From a virus (lineage: Duplodnaviria; Caudoviricetes), in IMG/VR virus record IMGVR_UViG_3300026543_000020, positions 1-38,733 of that record: DNA of 38,733 nucleotides. One strand, 5' to 3'. Below the pieces are notes generated by a model. The model was given only the letters and a program-made list of their open reading frames with translations, did no database searches and was not told where the DNA came from. Positions 1 through 7,797 of the stretch are shown here, one piece after another. A program made the position numbers and the translations under genes. How positions within the stretch are numbered: the first letter of the stretch is position 1; every line of letters begins with the position of its first letter.

Positions 1-42
1 CTATCCTCTTCGTCGGCAGCGTCAGATGTGTATAAGAGACAG
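1..42 (+). other. Illumina Nextera adapter remnant (technical artefact)
   Basis: 10-42 = TCGTCGGCAGCGTCAGATGTGTATAAGAGACAG (Nextera read-1/Tn5 mosaic end), preceded by C plus the 8-mer TATCCTCT (matches i5 index 503). Confidence 0.98.
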
Positions 43-89
43 GTGGTAGCGTGTATTGCATGTTAGTCCCATGTTTCATGTACTTGGGC
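43..89. repeat. 47-bp terminal overlap, identical to 38687-38733 (circular assembly)
   Basis: GTGGTAGCGTGTATTGCATGTTAGTCCCATGTTTCATGTACTTGGGC at both ends; genes run continuously across the junction. Confidence 0.95.
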
Positions 90-494
90 TATATGTTCGT
101 TTCCATCGTATTCAGATACTTCCCATTCTACATCGTCCGGAATCTCTACTACTTTTAAACTTGCACAATCACCGCCTGACTCAGCTCCTAACTCTTCAAC
201 AATACTTACAAGCAGCGGATCTTCTCGTTCAATATCACGGCTATACCAATATCCACTATCATCTCTTTCTGGGAATTTCGAGAAACTATCGCCGTAGTCT
301 TTTTTAAAACACCACGTCATCAAATTACCGCTTTCTGCTTCAACTTTTTCATAAAGCTCTTCGCCGTCGCTATGTTTATATTTCGTTTGAGTATATCTAA
401 ATATCTGGAAACCCGATCTATCTGCGTATAAGTCCTCGGCTTTGTCGCTTAAACCAAACCCCCCAAAACATGCGTTAATTACTACTTTCTTCAT
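63..494 (-). CDS. conserved phage hypothetical protein
   Basis: 143-aa ORF with GGGG RBS; KVVINACFGGFGLS and LKVVEIPDDVEW...EYDG motifs seen in a widespread phage family. Confidence 0.85.
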   Translation of the reverse strand: MKKVVINACFGGFGLSDKAEDLYADRSGFQIFRYTQTKYKHSDGEELYEKVEAESGNLMTWCFKKDYGDSFSKFPERDDSGYWYSRDIEREDPLLVSIVEELGAESGGDCASLKVVEIPDDVEWEVSEYDGNEHIAQVHETWD

Positions 495-526
495 AATATT
501 TCCCCTAAGTTAAATGGTTTCACCCA

Positions 527-545
527 CAAAGGGCCCGAAGGCCCA
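527..545 (-). terminator. hairpin, probable weak intrinsic terminator
   Basis: minus strand GGGCC-TTCG-GGCCC followed by TTTG, downstream of the SSB-like gene. Confidence 0.5.
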
Positions 546-570
546 TACTACAGTGGCTTGGAGGCTTAGA

Positions 571-864
571 TCAAAAAGGCAAGTCTTCCTCTGGCATTCC
601 TTGAGATTGTTGTTGCGGGGCTTCCTGGACGCCTTGACGGGCTTGCGTGGTATCAGGTGTCCAATCGTCTATCACCATGCTATGCGTCTGCCCGTACTGG
701 CTTTCTTCTTTGCGCCTAGTGATTTTCAGGTTAACCCATCCGGCTTTGTTTTTGTTTTGGGCTAGTATTTCAAAATCCTTTGGCCCAAGCCCTACTATTA
801 GAGTAGTACCGCCATCAGGGAAAACCTTTTCTTTAATGCTTGCTAGATATATTTTATCGCTCAT
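571..864 (-). CDS. single-stranded DNA-binding protein-like
   Basis: Q-rich linker and acidic C-terminal EEDLPF tail; directly after ERF. Confidence 0.7.
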   Translation of the reverse strand: MSDKIYLASIKEKVFPDGGTTLIVGLGPKDFEILAQNKNKAGWVNLKITRRKEESQYGQTHSMVIDDWTPDTTQARQGVQEAPQQQSQGMPEEDLPF

Positions 865-1619
865 TTGCTTGCCTCTTTCATTTGTTTAATCTTCTCTAGT
901 GTTTCTTTGCTCATTCGGCTAGCTACAACTTTTTTCTCGTAGTCGGTCATGTTGTCTAAGTCTTCACAATATGAAGGGTCATCATTTTCAACTAGCTCAG
1001 TTACTCTATCAGCTATATCGGTTGCAATAACATCCCCTTGTTTTGTCAAATCATTACATTGTGCTTTGTTTTTCCCTATCTTGCCGTCTGAAGGAAATGA
1101 ATTATAGAGCGCCGTGTAAATCTCTTCGCCTACCATTTTGCTAAGGCAATAAAACTCGAAAGACTGTGCATTTCTAAAGAATGAATCAAAACATACCTTT
1201 TGTTCTGGCGTATAATCAGGCTTACTGTTATCCATTGAATCAGCGTCCTTAGTATCATCAATCAGGAATAGGCCGTTAAGGGCGTACTTCCTAGCGTATG
1301 AGCTGCATGATCCTGTTAGCTGTGCATCGTCCATTCCTTTTTTTGTCTCACACTCCCTAGCGTAGGCATTAATACCTATACCGTTCACACAATCTGTTCC
1401 CTCATGAACCGCTGCTGTTGCCTTGACATAATACCTATCGCCTATCAGCTCAATAGAGTCTCCTATTGTTAGAGTCAACTCATGCGCAGCTAGTAAGGGT
1501 TTGACAGCTTCAAGAATATCCTCACAACTCCGATATTGATAATTACCGAAACTATTCTTTTGATTTTTAGGTGCTTTGAGTGCAGTTTGCACCTTTCCTA
1601 ATTTCTCTAATAACGACAT
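861..1619 (-). CDS. erf: ERF-family ssDNA annealing protein
   Basis: LKAPKNQKNSFGNYQYRSCEDILEAVKP and AQLTGSCSSYARKYALNGLF motifs. Confidence 0.92.
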   Translation of the reverse strand: MSLLEKLGKVQTALKAPKNQKNSFGNYQYRSCEDILEAVKPLLAAHELTLTIGDSIELIGDRYYVKATAAVHEGTDCVNGIGINAYARECETKKGMDDAQLTGSCSSYARKYALNGLFLIDDTKDADSMDNSKPDYTPEQKVCFDSFFRNAQSFEFYCLSKMVGEEIYTALYNSFPSDGKIGKNKAQCNDLTKQGDVIATDIADRVTELVENDDPSYCEDLDNMTDYEKKVVASRMSKETLEKIKQMKEASK

Positions 1620-1620
1620 A

Positions 1621-1761
1621 TTACCCCCTCACCTCTGATTTAAAAGCTAGTACATGGCCTTCTGTAATCTCACACAATAAAGCCGGATTAAGTACAGCCA
1701 TGATTAAAATAGTTATTAAGTCGCAAGCCCAATATAAAGCACCGTCGTCAATGTTCATCAT
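1621..1761 (-). CDS. small hypothetical protein (46 aa)
   Basis: MMNIDDGALYWACDL...; ATGA overlap with the upstream gene, fills the gap before erf. Confidence 0.55.
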   Translation of the reverse strand: MMNIDDGALYWACDLITILIMAVLNPALLCEITEGHVLAFKSEVRG

Positions 1762-2045
1762 ATCCCCTTAAATGTTTCGATTGCTGCATTCTCTGCCATC
1801 TCAATCACCTTGTCATGGTCTCTTAACAGGTTGGTAAAGTATGGATTATCAGCACCTAATAACAGGCTTGCTGCGTTGGTTTCTGCTTCCGCCCAAAAGT
1901 CACCGGCTATTATCTCGATAGCCTCACCTATACCAACATCAGCAATAAGTTTAGTAAAGTAAAGATCACCCTGCAAATCAAGATCATCGTTATCATAATA
2001 TAAAGTAACGTCTTCTTGGTTGTTCTGTGTGAATTCGAATTCCAT
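1758..2045 (-). CDS. acidic hypothetical protein
   Basis: start revised to MEFEF (ATG at 2045) with AGAGGGG RBS. Confidence 0.7.
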   Translation of the reverse strand: MEFEFTQNNQEDVTLYYDNDDLDLQGDLYFTKLIADVGIGEAIEIIAGDFWAEAETNAASLLLGADNPYFTNLLRDHDKVIEMAENAAIETFKGI

Positions 2046-2067
2046 GTTGCCCCTCTTTGTAGCTCTT

Positions 2068-2095
2068 ATTTTACCAGACAGTAAAAATAGGTCAA
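2068..2095 (-). promoter_or_regulatory. sigma70-like promoter of the erf operon
   Basis: TTGACC-16 nt-TAAAAT with extended TGn. Confidence 0.65.
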
Positions 2096-2141
2096 GCATT
2101 CTTTTTGGTAATTATATATGAGATTACAGTGATGTCATATT

Positions 2142-2160
2142 AAAAAGCCCCGGAAGGGGC
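2142..2160 (-). terminator. intrinsic terminator of the passenger operon
   Basis: minus strand GCCCC-TTCC-GGGGC-TTTTT. Confidence 0.75.
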
Positions 2161-2215
2161 TCCGCTAGGAAGGGCGATAGTTCTAGACTAGTATAGGTTT
2201 GAGATTGTGCAAGAA

Positions 2216-2467
2216 TTACTCTTCTAATAGTAATGTTCTGGGAATGGAGGGCAATCCATGTGTAGCGATAACATCAATAAGTAATGCTTCCAGGATATAG
2301 CCAATATCATCAGGCATAGGGAGAGCGATCACATTGCCGCCAGGGGTCTTTATAAATGCTGTGTATTGGGTTGGGTAATCTTCATCATCCAGTTTCTCAA
2401 ACCCATTTTGCTCAAGTATAGCAATAAATTCAGGCACTAAAATCTTGTAGCGTTTCATCGCCATCAA
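2216..2467 (-). CDS. HicA-like small protein
   Basis: EFIAILEQNGF...beta hairpin...helix pattern of the HicA fold; lacks the GSH motif. Confidence 0.5.
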   Translation of the reverse strand: MMAMKRYKILVPEFIAILEQNGFEKLDDEDYPTQYTAFIKTPGGNVIALPMPDDIGYILEALLIDVIATHGLPSIPRTLLLEE

Positions 2468-2485
2468 AGACTCCTTAGAATAGGT

Positions 2486-2767
2486 TTAGGCAGCTAATTT
2501 AACGGTGAAATTCTCTTCGGGAGGGTTATCAATATATTCCAGGGATTGCTTAAACTCTGAAAATGACATGTCTGAAGTAACAGTTATAGAGTGAATAGGC
2601 TTCTTAAATAAATGCATAATAAGTACTTGGATGCAAGGTGCCACTTCATTAAATGCCTCTTTTAAGTCAGGATGTGCGACATATAGCCCTTGAAGGTCAG
2701 GGCTTGTAAACACATGATAATGCTCAATAGTTTTGTATAATATTTGAATTTTCATAGTGTGAGCCAT
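2486..2767 (-). CDS. HicB-like antitoxin N-terminal domain protein
   Basis: VFTSPDLQGLYVAHPDLKEAF resembles HicB PDLPG...EA; no DNA-binding domain. Confidence 0.6.
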   Translation of the reverse strand: MAHTMKIQILYKTIEHYHVFTSPDLQGLYVAHPDLKEAFNEVAPCIQVLIMHLFKKPIHSITVTSDMSFSEFKQSLEYIDNPPEENFTVKLAA

Positions 2768-2847
2768 TTGTTCCTATTCCCCATTATAGCATAAAACCCC
2801 TTAATCACGGGGCGGATTATTACAAGTATTTACAAGCATGTAAATAA

Positions 2848-3075
2848 TTATTCGACTCCCTCGGCCATCTTAAAGAGTTTTGATATAGGAATATTCAAGG
2901 CCTCGGCAATGTTTTGTTGCTTGTCCAGGCTGATACTACTCTCACCCCTCTCAACCTTCCCGTAATATGTAGGGTGCATCCCAATCTTTCGGGCAAACTC
3001 CTTTTGGCCGTAATTATGGTATTCCCGGTAAATTAACAACATCTGTCCAAAGTTCCTCCTGTAATCCAATTTCAT
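2848..3075 (-). CDS. XRE-family HTH regulator (controller-protein-like)
   Basis: QKEFARKIGMHPTYYGKVERGESSISL...IAEAL. Confidence 0.92.
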   Translation of the reverse strand: MKLDYRRNFGQMLLIYREYHNYGQKEFARKIGMHPTYYGKVERGESSISLDKQQNIAEALNIPISKLFKMAEGVE

Positions 3076-3155
3076 TAGAGAAATGTTAGTTCATATCATG
3101 TTTTTTTCCATTCCATCTAAGGTATATTTTGTGACATTTGTGGAGTTTTAAACAG

Positions 3156-3200
3156 GCATATATGAGATATAGGTATTATTCAAGCGCATATATGGTATAT
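3156..3200. promoter_or_regulatory. tandem palindromic operator-like repeats
   Basis: GCATATATGnnATAT at 3156 and 3186 (30 bp apart) between the divergent XRE and lipoprotein genes. Confidence 0.5.
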
Positions 3201-3232
3201 TTATGTTTACTAGAGGGTAAAAGGTAAGCGCT

Positions 3233-3532
3233 ATGAAAAAAATGATTGTTTTGTTTTTAATCTTAGTTGTCAGTGGTTGCGGTAATGACAAGCTGCAAGT
3301 GCCTTTATCCAGCAAATGGTTTGCCCTAGATCAGATACTTGATTTAAGCAAAGGCCAGCATCAATTTATAGGGACTCAATCCTTCGGGGTCTATGTTAGC
3401 AACGGTAAATCGATAGGGACTTATGTTAAACGTGAGAGTGTTTTAACCCTAACGAACATTAAGACTCGGACAATAACTAAGTTTTATTACTTCGGTGATC
3501 CTGAGATGGATCTAGTCTTATCGGAGCTTTGA
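3233..3532 (+). CDS. putative lipoprotein
   Basis: MKK, hydrophobic stretch and lipobox VSGC. Confidence 0.75.
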   Translation: MKKMIVLFLILVVSGCGNDKLQVPLSSKWFALDQILDLSKGQHQFIGTQSFGVYVSNGKSIGTYVKRESVLTLTNIKTRTITKFYYFGDPEMDLVLSEL

Positions 3533-3601
3533 AGCGGTTTATATTATGGAATATTTAACCTTAGCATTGTTTCTAATATGGGCTACTCTTTGGGCTAGCG
3601 A

Positions 3602-3739
3602 CTAACGTTTCTTTGACTTCGGTTTCTTCCTAACCACTTTCTTCTTTCTACCTTTTAGAATCTTTTTTACTTCCTTATCAAAGTCGCTTTTCTTGTCGTC
3701 TCTATGCGTGTTGTGTTTTGTTTTGGTTTTACCAGTCAT
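3602..3739 (-). CDS. small basic protein coupled to the transposase (45 aa)
   Basis: MTGKTKTKHNTHRDDKKSDFDKEVKKILKGRKKKVVRKKPKSKKR; overlaps the transposase 3' end. Confidence 0.65.
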   Translation of the reverse strand: MTGKTKTKHNTHRDDKKSDFDKEVKKILKGRKKKVVRKKPKSKKR

Positions 3740-4706
3740 GAACAAGCTCCGTGTAAGTTATTTTGTGTGACATATTTTTAAGTACTAAATCAAACCTCTG
3801 TCTAATAGTACAGTCTTTCGTGTTGAATTTAAATACAAACCAATTTAGATACAATTGCAAGTATTTAGGTGAAACATGATGATGTATGCCCACAATGTTG
3901 CGTTTAAACAAAGACCAAATGCCCTCTATCGTATTGGTGTGGCATCTTCCATCAACATACTGGCGCCAACTGTGGTTTACAGTGTAGTGGACATAATCAA
4001 AGTACTTCAGATCACGATACGCAGAATAGTCATCTGAATAAATATAGCTAAAACGGTGTACCCATCGAAATATATGATGCGTTAAAGTTGCGCGGGTTAC
4101 GTTTGGGATGTGTTTTAAATTAACTCTTGCCGGTCTTCTCTCCTGGGCCCTCTGCACTGCCCCGAAAACTGCCTCCTTACCTACTAAGCTACGTCCTCCA
4201 GTTTTTTTAAGCCTCTTCTTATTATGTTTATTATGTTCCAGGCCACCAACGTAAGTTTCATCAACTTCTATTGTCCCTCTTAACTTACTATCATTTTCAG
4301 AAGCCAGACAGTTTTGTATTTTTTTCATGTTTAACCAAGCCGTGCACTCCATTATACCTAGCTGGTCAGCTACAGCCTGCCCTGAGATATTCTTTTTAAC
4401 CATCATTAACCAGATTATCCCGAAGAACTTTCTTAACGGTAATTTGGTACCCTCGAATACAGTCCCGGTTTTAACATTAAAATACTTTCCGCTTGCCTTG
4501 CAGTGATAACGCTTTAAACTGAATTCTTTCTTAGTGGTTTTACACTTAATAAGGACAGGCTTGCACTCATATACCGTAGATTCTTCATAGAAAGGCGAGA
4601 CTACACCATCTTCCCACATCATACCTTCAAGGTATTCTATACACGCTTCATCCCCGTTAAAGGTATCAAATAAATCTATAATATTTTTAAAGCTAGTATC
4701 AATCAT
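3729..4706 (-). CDS. IS1595-family (ISXO2-like) DDE transposase
   Basis: EVDETYVGG, IYSDDYSAY, VNHS and HTNTIEGIWSLFKR motifs; start moved to MIDTSF (AGGA RBS) so that it lies inside the inverted repeat. Confidence 0.95.
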   Translation of the reverse strand: MIDTSFKNIIDLFDTFNGDEACIEYLEGMMWEDGVVSPFYEESTVYECKPVLIKCKTTKKEFSLKRYHCKASGKYFNVKTGTVFEGTKLPLRKFFGIIWLMMVKKNISGQAVADQLGIMECTAWLNMKKIQNCLASENDSKLRGTIEVDETYVGGLEHNKHNKKRLKKTGGRSLVGKEAVFGAVQRAQERRPARVNLKHIPNVTRATLTHHIFRWVHRFSYIYSDDYSAYRDLKYFDYVHYTVNHSWRQYVDGRCHTNTIEGIWSLFKRNIVGIHHHVSPKYLQLYLNWFVFKFNTKDCTIRQRFDLVLKNMSHKITYTELVHDW

Positions 4707-4756
4707 CACTTGTCCTGGTTTTACTGTAATCTCGTATAGGATTACCTTATACATTC

Positions 4757-4785
4757 TTTACTCTATAGTCAAACCATATTACAAT
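4757..4785 (+). promoter_or_regulatory. sigma70-like promoter of the nin-like operon
   Basis: TTTACT-17 nt-TACAAT upstream of the AGGAG RBS of 4807. Confidence 0.55.
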
Positions 4786-4806
4786 AAAGACTACTAGGAG
4801 ATAATA

Positions 4807-5028
4807 ATGCCCAAATGTGATGTTGATACGGTAGAAGAATTTTGCGACAAAAATAAGAAAAAGAACGAATCCAGGCTCCAGTTTTTTAATAGAGTGCTTG
4901 ATAACCTGTTTAAAGCAAACTATTGGATTTTGTACAGGGGTAATCGGTTTATAATCAAAGACAAGGAAGGCAATTTATCACTATTTCAGAAACTTGAGGA
5001 CGGGAAAGACGAAGACACAAACCACTGA
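4807..5028 (+). CDS. hypothetical protein
   Basis: ORF with AGGAG RBS. Confidence 0.7.
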   Translation: MPKCDVDTVEEFCDKNKKKNESRLQFFNRVLDNLFKANYWILYRGNRFIIKDKEGNLSLFQKLEDGKDEDTNH

Positions 5029-5045
5029 TAGATAAGGGGAAAGTA

Positions 5046-5666
5046 ATGAAAGAGCGGCCAATTTTATTTAAAGCCGATATGGTGAACGCCATTCTTGAGG
5101 GTAGGAAAACTCAGACAAGGCGGATTGTTAAAGAGCAACCTTACTCTGCCGAAGGAAATGTGTGCGTTATAGGAGATCACGAGACTTGCATTGATAACTT
5201 GAGAGAACCAAACGAAGTAACAAAATTTATAAAAGAAAATATTAAATGCCCATACGGAAAAGTAGGAGACCAGCTTTGGGTTAGGGAGACCTGGGCTAAA
5301 TCAAATAGCATCCACAACCATGATATTTTTTATAAGGCTACTGATGGGAATATTAAACAACGGCCCCTAGACTACTCAGAGCGCGAGGATAGGTGGCGTC
5401 CTTCGATCCATATGTTCCGTGAAGATTCCCGCATCCAGCTAGAAATAACAGATATTCGAGTAGAGCGCTTGAATGATATTAGTGATGTTAACGCGAAAGC
5501 TGAAGGTGTTACTTTAGGGCGCCCTGATTGGTGCAAAGAACCTTTCCCTTGGACACACAGATTAGCATTTGCTTATCTTTGGGAATCAATAAACGGCGCC
5601 GGCTCATGGGATTTGAACCCTTGGGTATGGGTAATTGAATTTAAGAGAGTATACAATGAGCCTTGA
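5046..5666 (+). CDS. ASCH/PUA-like phage protein
   Basis: MKERPILF..MV.AILEGRKTQTRR, GDQLWVRET, WRPSIHM and NPWVWVIEF motifs. Confidence 0.8.
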   Translation: MKERPILFKADMVNAILEGRKTQTRRIVKEQPYSAEGNVCVIGDHETCIDNLREPNEVTKFIKENIKCPYGKVGDQLWVRETWAKSNSIHNHDIFYKATDGNIKQRPLDYSEREDRWRPSIHMFREDSRIQLEITDIRVERLNDISDVNAKAEGVTLGRPDWCKEPFPWTHRLAFAYLWESINGAGSWDLNPWVWVIEFKRVYNEP

Positions 5667-5865
5667 AATAGACCGGAGACTTAACCCCTGTAGAGGCAAC
5701 GGCCCTAATGTTTGTACCACGGCTAGAGGTGATTCTGTTTGCCAGGGGTGTTTTCGCAAGAAAGAGGATATTGACGCTTGGCTCACGTACAGCGATGAGA
5801 AGAAAATAGAAATCATGAAAGCGATAGAAACACGTAAAATAGCAATGAGGGGATTTCCAACATGA
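5656..5865 (+). CDS. DUF1289-like Cys-rich protein
   Basis: PC...C...C.GCFR..EDI..W...S.E.K pattern. Confidence 0.7.
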   Translation: MSLEIDRRLNPCRGNGPNVCTTARGDSVCQGCFRKKEDIDAWLTYSDEKKIEIMKAIETRKIAMRGFPT

Positions 5866-6188
5866 ATGACTGGGCAACTAAAGCTTATACTAAAATAATC
5901 GACACAGGTACTAAATGGGCTGACCTTGACGCTGCTTGTAAGCTCCTAGAAGACACTAAAAAGAGCACTTTATCCCAATGTAAGCTAAAATATACCCACC
6001 TGTCTAGCGATGCTGCCAAAGAGACAGAAGCCCTTGCTTCTAAGGAATATATGGATCATTGTGAACAATTGAGACATACAAGAGGCGAGGCCAATCTAGC
6101 TAAGGTGCAATATGAAGCGGCGAGAACATTAGCCAGCTTAAGACAGACCCAGCAGAGCCTTAAGAAAGCGGAGATGCAATTAGTATAA
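5862..6188 (+). CDS. helical hypothetical protein
   Basis: ATGA-coupled ORF, coiled-coil-like. Confidence 0.75.
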   Translation: MNDWATKAYTKIIDTGTKWADLDAACKLLEDTKKSTLSQCKLKYTHLSSDAAKETEALASKEYMDHCEQLRHTRGEANLAKVQYEAARTLASLRQTQQSLKKAEMQLV

Positions 6189-6328
6189 TGAACTACATCA
6201 AACAACTTCTAGCCCTTAAAACACTAGAAAAACATCGCCTAATTGGTTCATTCATAGCGGGTATAATAATCCCTGTATTGGTTATGTGCGTTTTTATTTT
6301 GGCCTTAATGGTGATGAAAGTTATATGA
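6188..6328 (+). CDS. small membrane protein (46 aa)
   Basis: MNYIKQLL...IAGIIIPVLVMCVFILAL; coupled to neighbours at both ends. Confidence 0.55.
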   Translation: MNYIKQLLALKTLEKHRLIGSFIAGIIIPVLVMCVFILALMVMKVI

Positions 6329-6750
6329 TTAAACGAACCCCCGCTGATATAGCCTTTTCTAAATGTATCCGTGAGCGTGATAACTATACTTGTCAACTCT
6401 GTGGTTCAACCTTCACAGCACAGGACACAGGGCTCCATTGTAGCCACTTTCACGGTAGAGCCCACTGGTCGGTTAGGTTCGACAAAGATAACGCTGAAGC
6501 CCACTGCTACGGCTGTCACGCCAAAATGGAAGGCTCACCCCATGATTTCACTAAGTACTGGCTTGAAAAGATGGGAGAAGGCGCCTATGAGCTTCTACTT
6601 GAGCGGAAAAGGGATACCGGATTAGCTAAGATGTACCGACAAACCAAAGGTAAAGGAATGATAGCGGGTCATTTTAGAGATGAGCTAGCCAGAATGCAGG
6701 GTGAACGCTGTACTTTTGAGGATAAATTAGAGTTTGAAGGGTTCTATTAG
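6325..6750 (+). CDS. ninG: NinG/Rap-like HNH-fold nuclease
   Basis: D.AFSKCIRERD..CxxC, HCSHF, VRFD..N...CxxCH. Confidence 0.8.
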   Translation: MIKRTPADIAFSKCIRERDNYTCQLCGSTFTAQDTGLHCSHFHGRAHWSVRFDKDNAEAHCYGCHAKMEGSPHDFTKYWLEKMGEGAYELLLERKRDTGLAKMYRQTKGKGMIAGHFRDELARMQGERCTFEDKLEFEGFY

Positions 6751-6947
6751 TCTTTGCTGCAATTTTCACAATATACATAGCGTTTGTTACCTTCACGGAC
6801 ATATGCGGGGTTACCTTGGTGTATGTACGTAGGGTGATTTTGATAAAAATACCTGGGGTTAGATGCAAACCAACTCTTACACGTTTCGCAATGGAACTTA
6901 GTGAATTTGGTCTTACCTTTGATAAAATTGGCTAGCCATTCGCTCAC
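6747..6947 (-). CDS. small zinc-ribbon hypothetical protein
   Basis: two CxxC pairs; coupled to the 6944 gene. Confidence 0.6.
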   Translation of the reverse strand: MSEWLANFIKGKTKFTKFHCETCKSWFASNPRYFYQNHPTYIHQGNPAYVREGNKRYVYCENCSKD

Positions 6948-7441
6948 GCCTTCAACCCTTTTTCCTCTATCTCAGCTAACAGTTTACGCCTATAAACGAA
7001 GTAATCGTCATGTGAACCTGGATCTTGTAGCTTGTTATCTGTAGCAAACTGCCATAGTAATTCATCTATTTTAGGAAGTTTAAGTAGTTTAGCCTTAATA
7101 TCAATTATCTCATCATTCCAGCGAGCTTGGTTTAGGTAGGTAGCAGGGTTTGGGATGTATTGTTTTTCGACATGAGAGATGACATAAGCCAAGTTAATAT
7201 GCCCATGTATATGAAGCAAAATATCATTACCGAGCCTTAGTTTATTCCATGCCTTTACGGCTTCAGCTTTGCCTACTTTTTTAGGATATGCCATCCAAAA
7301 TATATCAAATTCTCTAGGTTTCCAATCGGGTTTAGGTACAGGCCTTGTCCGCTTCTTCTTATTCTCTAAAACTTCCACCCTTTCTGTTAGGTTTCTTAGT
7401 GCAGTGGACAGCTTTTGTATGCATGCTTGTTCTTCGTTCAT
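6944..7441 (-). CDS. protein resembling the C-terminal domain of phage replication initiators/replisome organisers
   Basis: FDIFWMAYPKKVGKAEAVKAW and YIPNPATYLNQARWNDE. Confidence 0.75.
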   Translation of the reverse strand: MNEEQACIQKLSTALRNLTERVEVLENKKKRTRPVPKPDWKPREFDIFWMAYPKKVGKAEAVKAWNKLRLGNDILLHIHGHINLAYVISHVEKQYIPNPATYLNQARWNDEIIDIKAKLLKLPKIDELLWQFATDNKLQDPGSHDDYFVYRRKLLAEIEEKGLKA

Positions 7442-7442
7442 A

Positions 7443-7610
7443 TTATCCCTTCCCCAAATCTCTCATTATTAAATCTGTGGCAATGTATTGTAATATTCCT
7501 GCCATAGTAGCTACCGACATTTCGGGATATTCGTCTAACAACTTCTCAATTCTATTGGCTAGCTCAGACTGTTCTGGGTTTCCCCTATCTGGGAATCTAT
7601 TGTTGTCCAT
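7443..7610 (-). CDS. hypothetical protein (55 aa)
   Basis: start revised to MDNNRF with GGGAG RBS. Confidence 0.6.
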   Translation of the reverse strand: MDNNRFPDRGNPEQSELANRIEKLLDEYPEMSVATMAGILQYIATDLIMRDLGKG

Positions 7611-7621
7611 TTTCTCTCCCA

Positions 7622-7786
7622 TTTGCTTAGAAAGTGATGCTAGGCTGGCGCACACCGTGCTTTTACTCAGGCTAATGTTTTTACCTAGTGGCTTATTCCC
7701 ACCTGCCTGTACCATTTAATATCAGATTAATCTGCCGCTAGTCCTCGAACATAGACGGCCTAACCTAACACCACTATCTAAACAAA
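7622..7786 (-). ncRNA. structured RNA cassette A (long closing stem, multibranch interior)
   Basis: TTTGTTTAGATAGTGGTGTTAGGTT(A)GGC pairs with GCCAGCCTAGCATCACTTTCTAAGCAAA; mismatches are mostly G-U on the minus strand. Confidence 0.7.
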
Positions 7787-7797
7787 CTCGTTTCACT

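Larger units (their letters stand above)
2107..4746 (-). mobile_element. IS1595-family transposon with passenger genes (ISNwi1-like ends)
   Basis: imperfect 26-bp terminal inverted repeats GGTAATTATATATGAGATTACAGTGA (2107-2132) / GGTAATCCTATACGAGATTACAGTAA (4746-4721), 22/26 identical, enclosing an IS1595 transposase and 5 passenger ORFs. Confidence 0.88.

Noticed and set aside
24-42. Tn5 mosaic end as a natural transposon end
   Set aside because: Embedded in the full Nextera primer and index sequence; library artefact
43-89. Biological direct terminal repeat
   Set aside because: Falls within coupled coding sequence and next to the adapter; better explained as assembly overlap of a circularly permuted genome
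4707-4754. N-terminal extension of the transposase in the ORF track
   Set aside because: Runs through and beyond the inverted repeat; the ATG at 4706 has an RBS
2097-4759. CATTCTTT at 2097-2104 and 4752-4759 as the target-site duplication
   Set aside because: Offset asymmetrically (2 and 5 nt) from the inverted repeats and AT-rich; not a clean TSD
7611-7715. N-terminal part of the 7443-7715 ORF
   Set aside because: Overlaps RNA cassette A; the RBS supports a start at 7610
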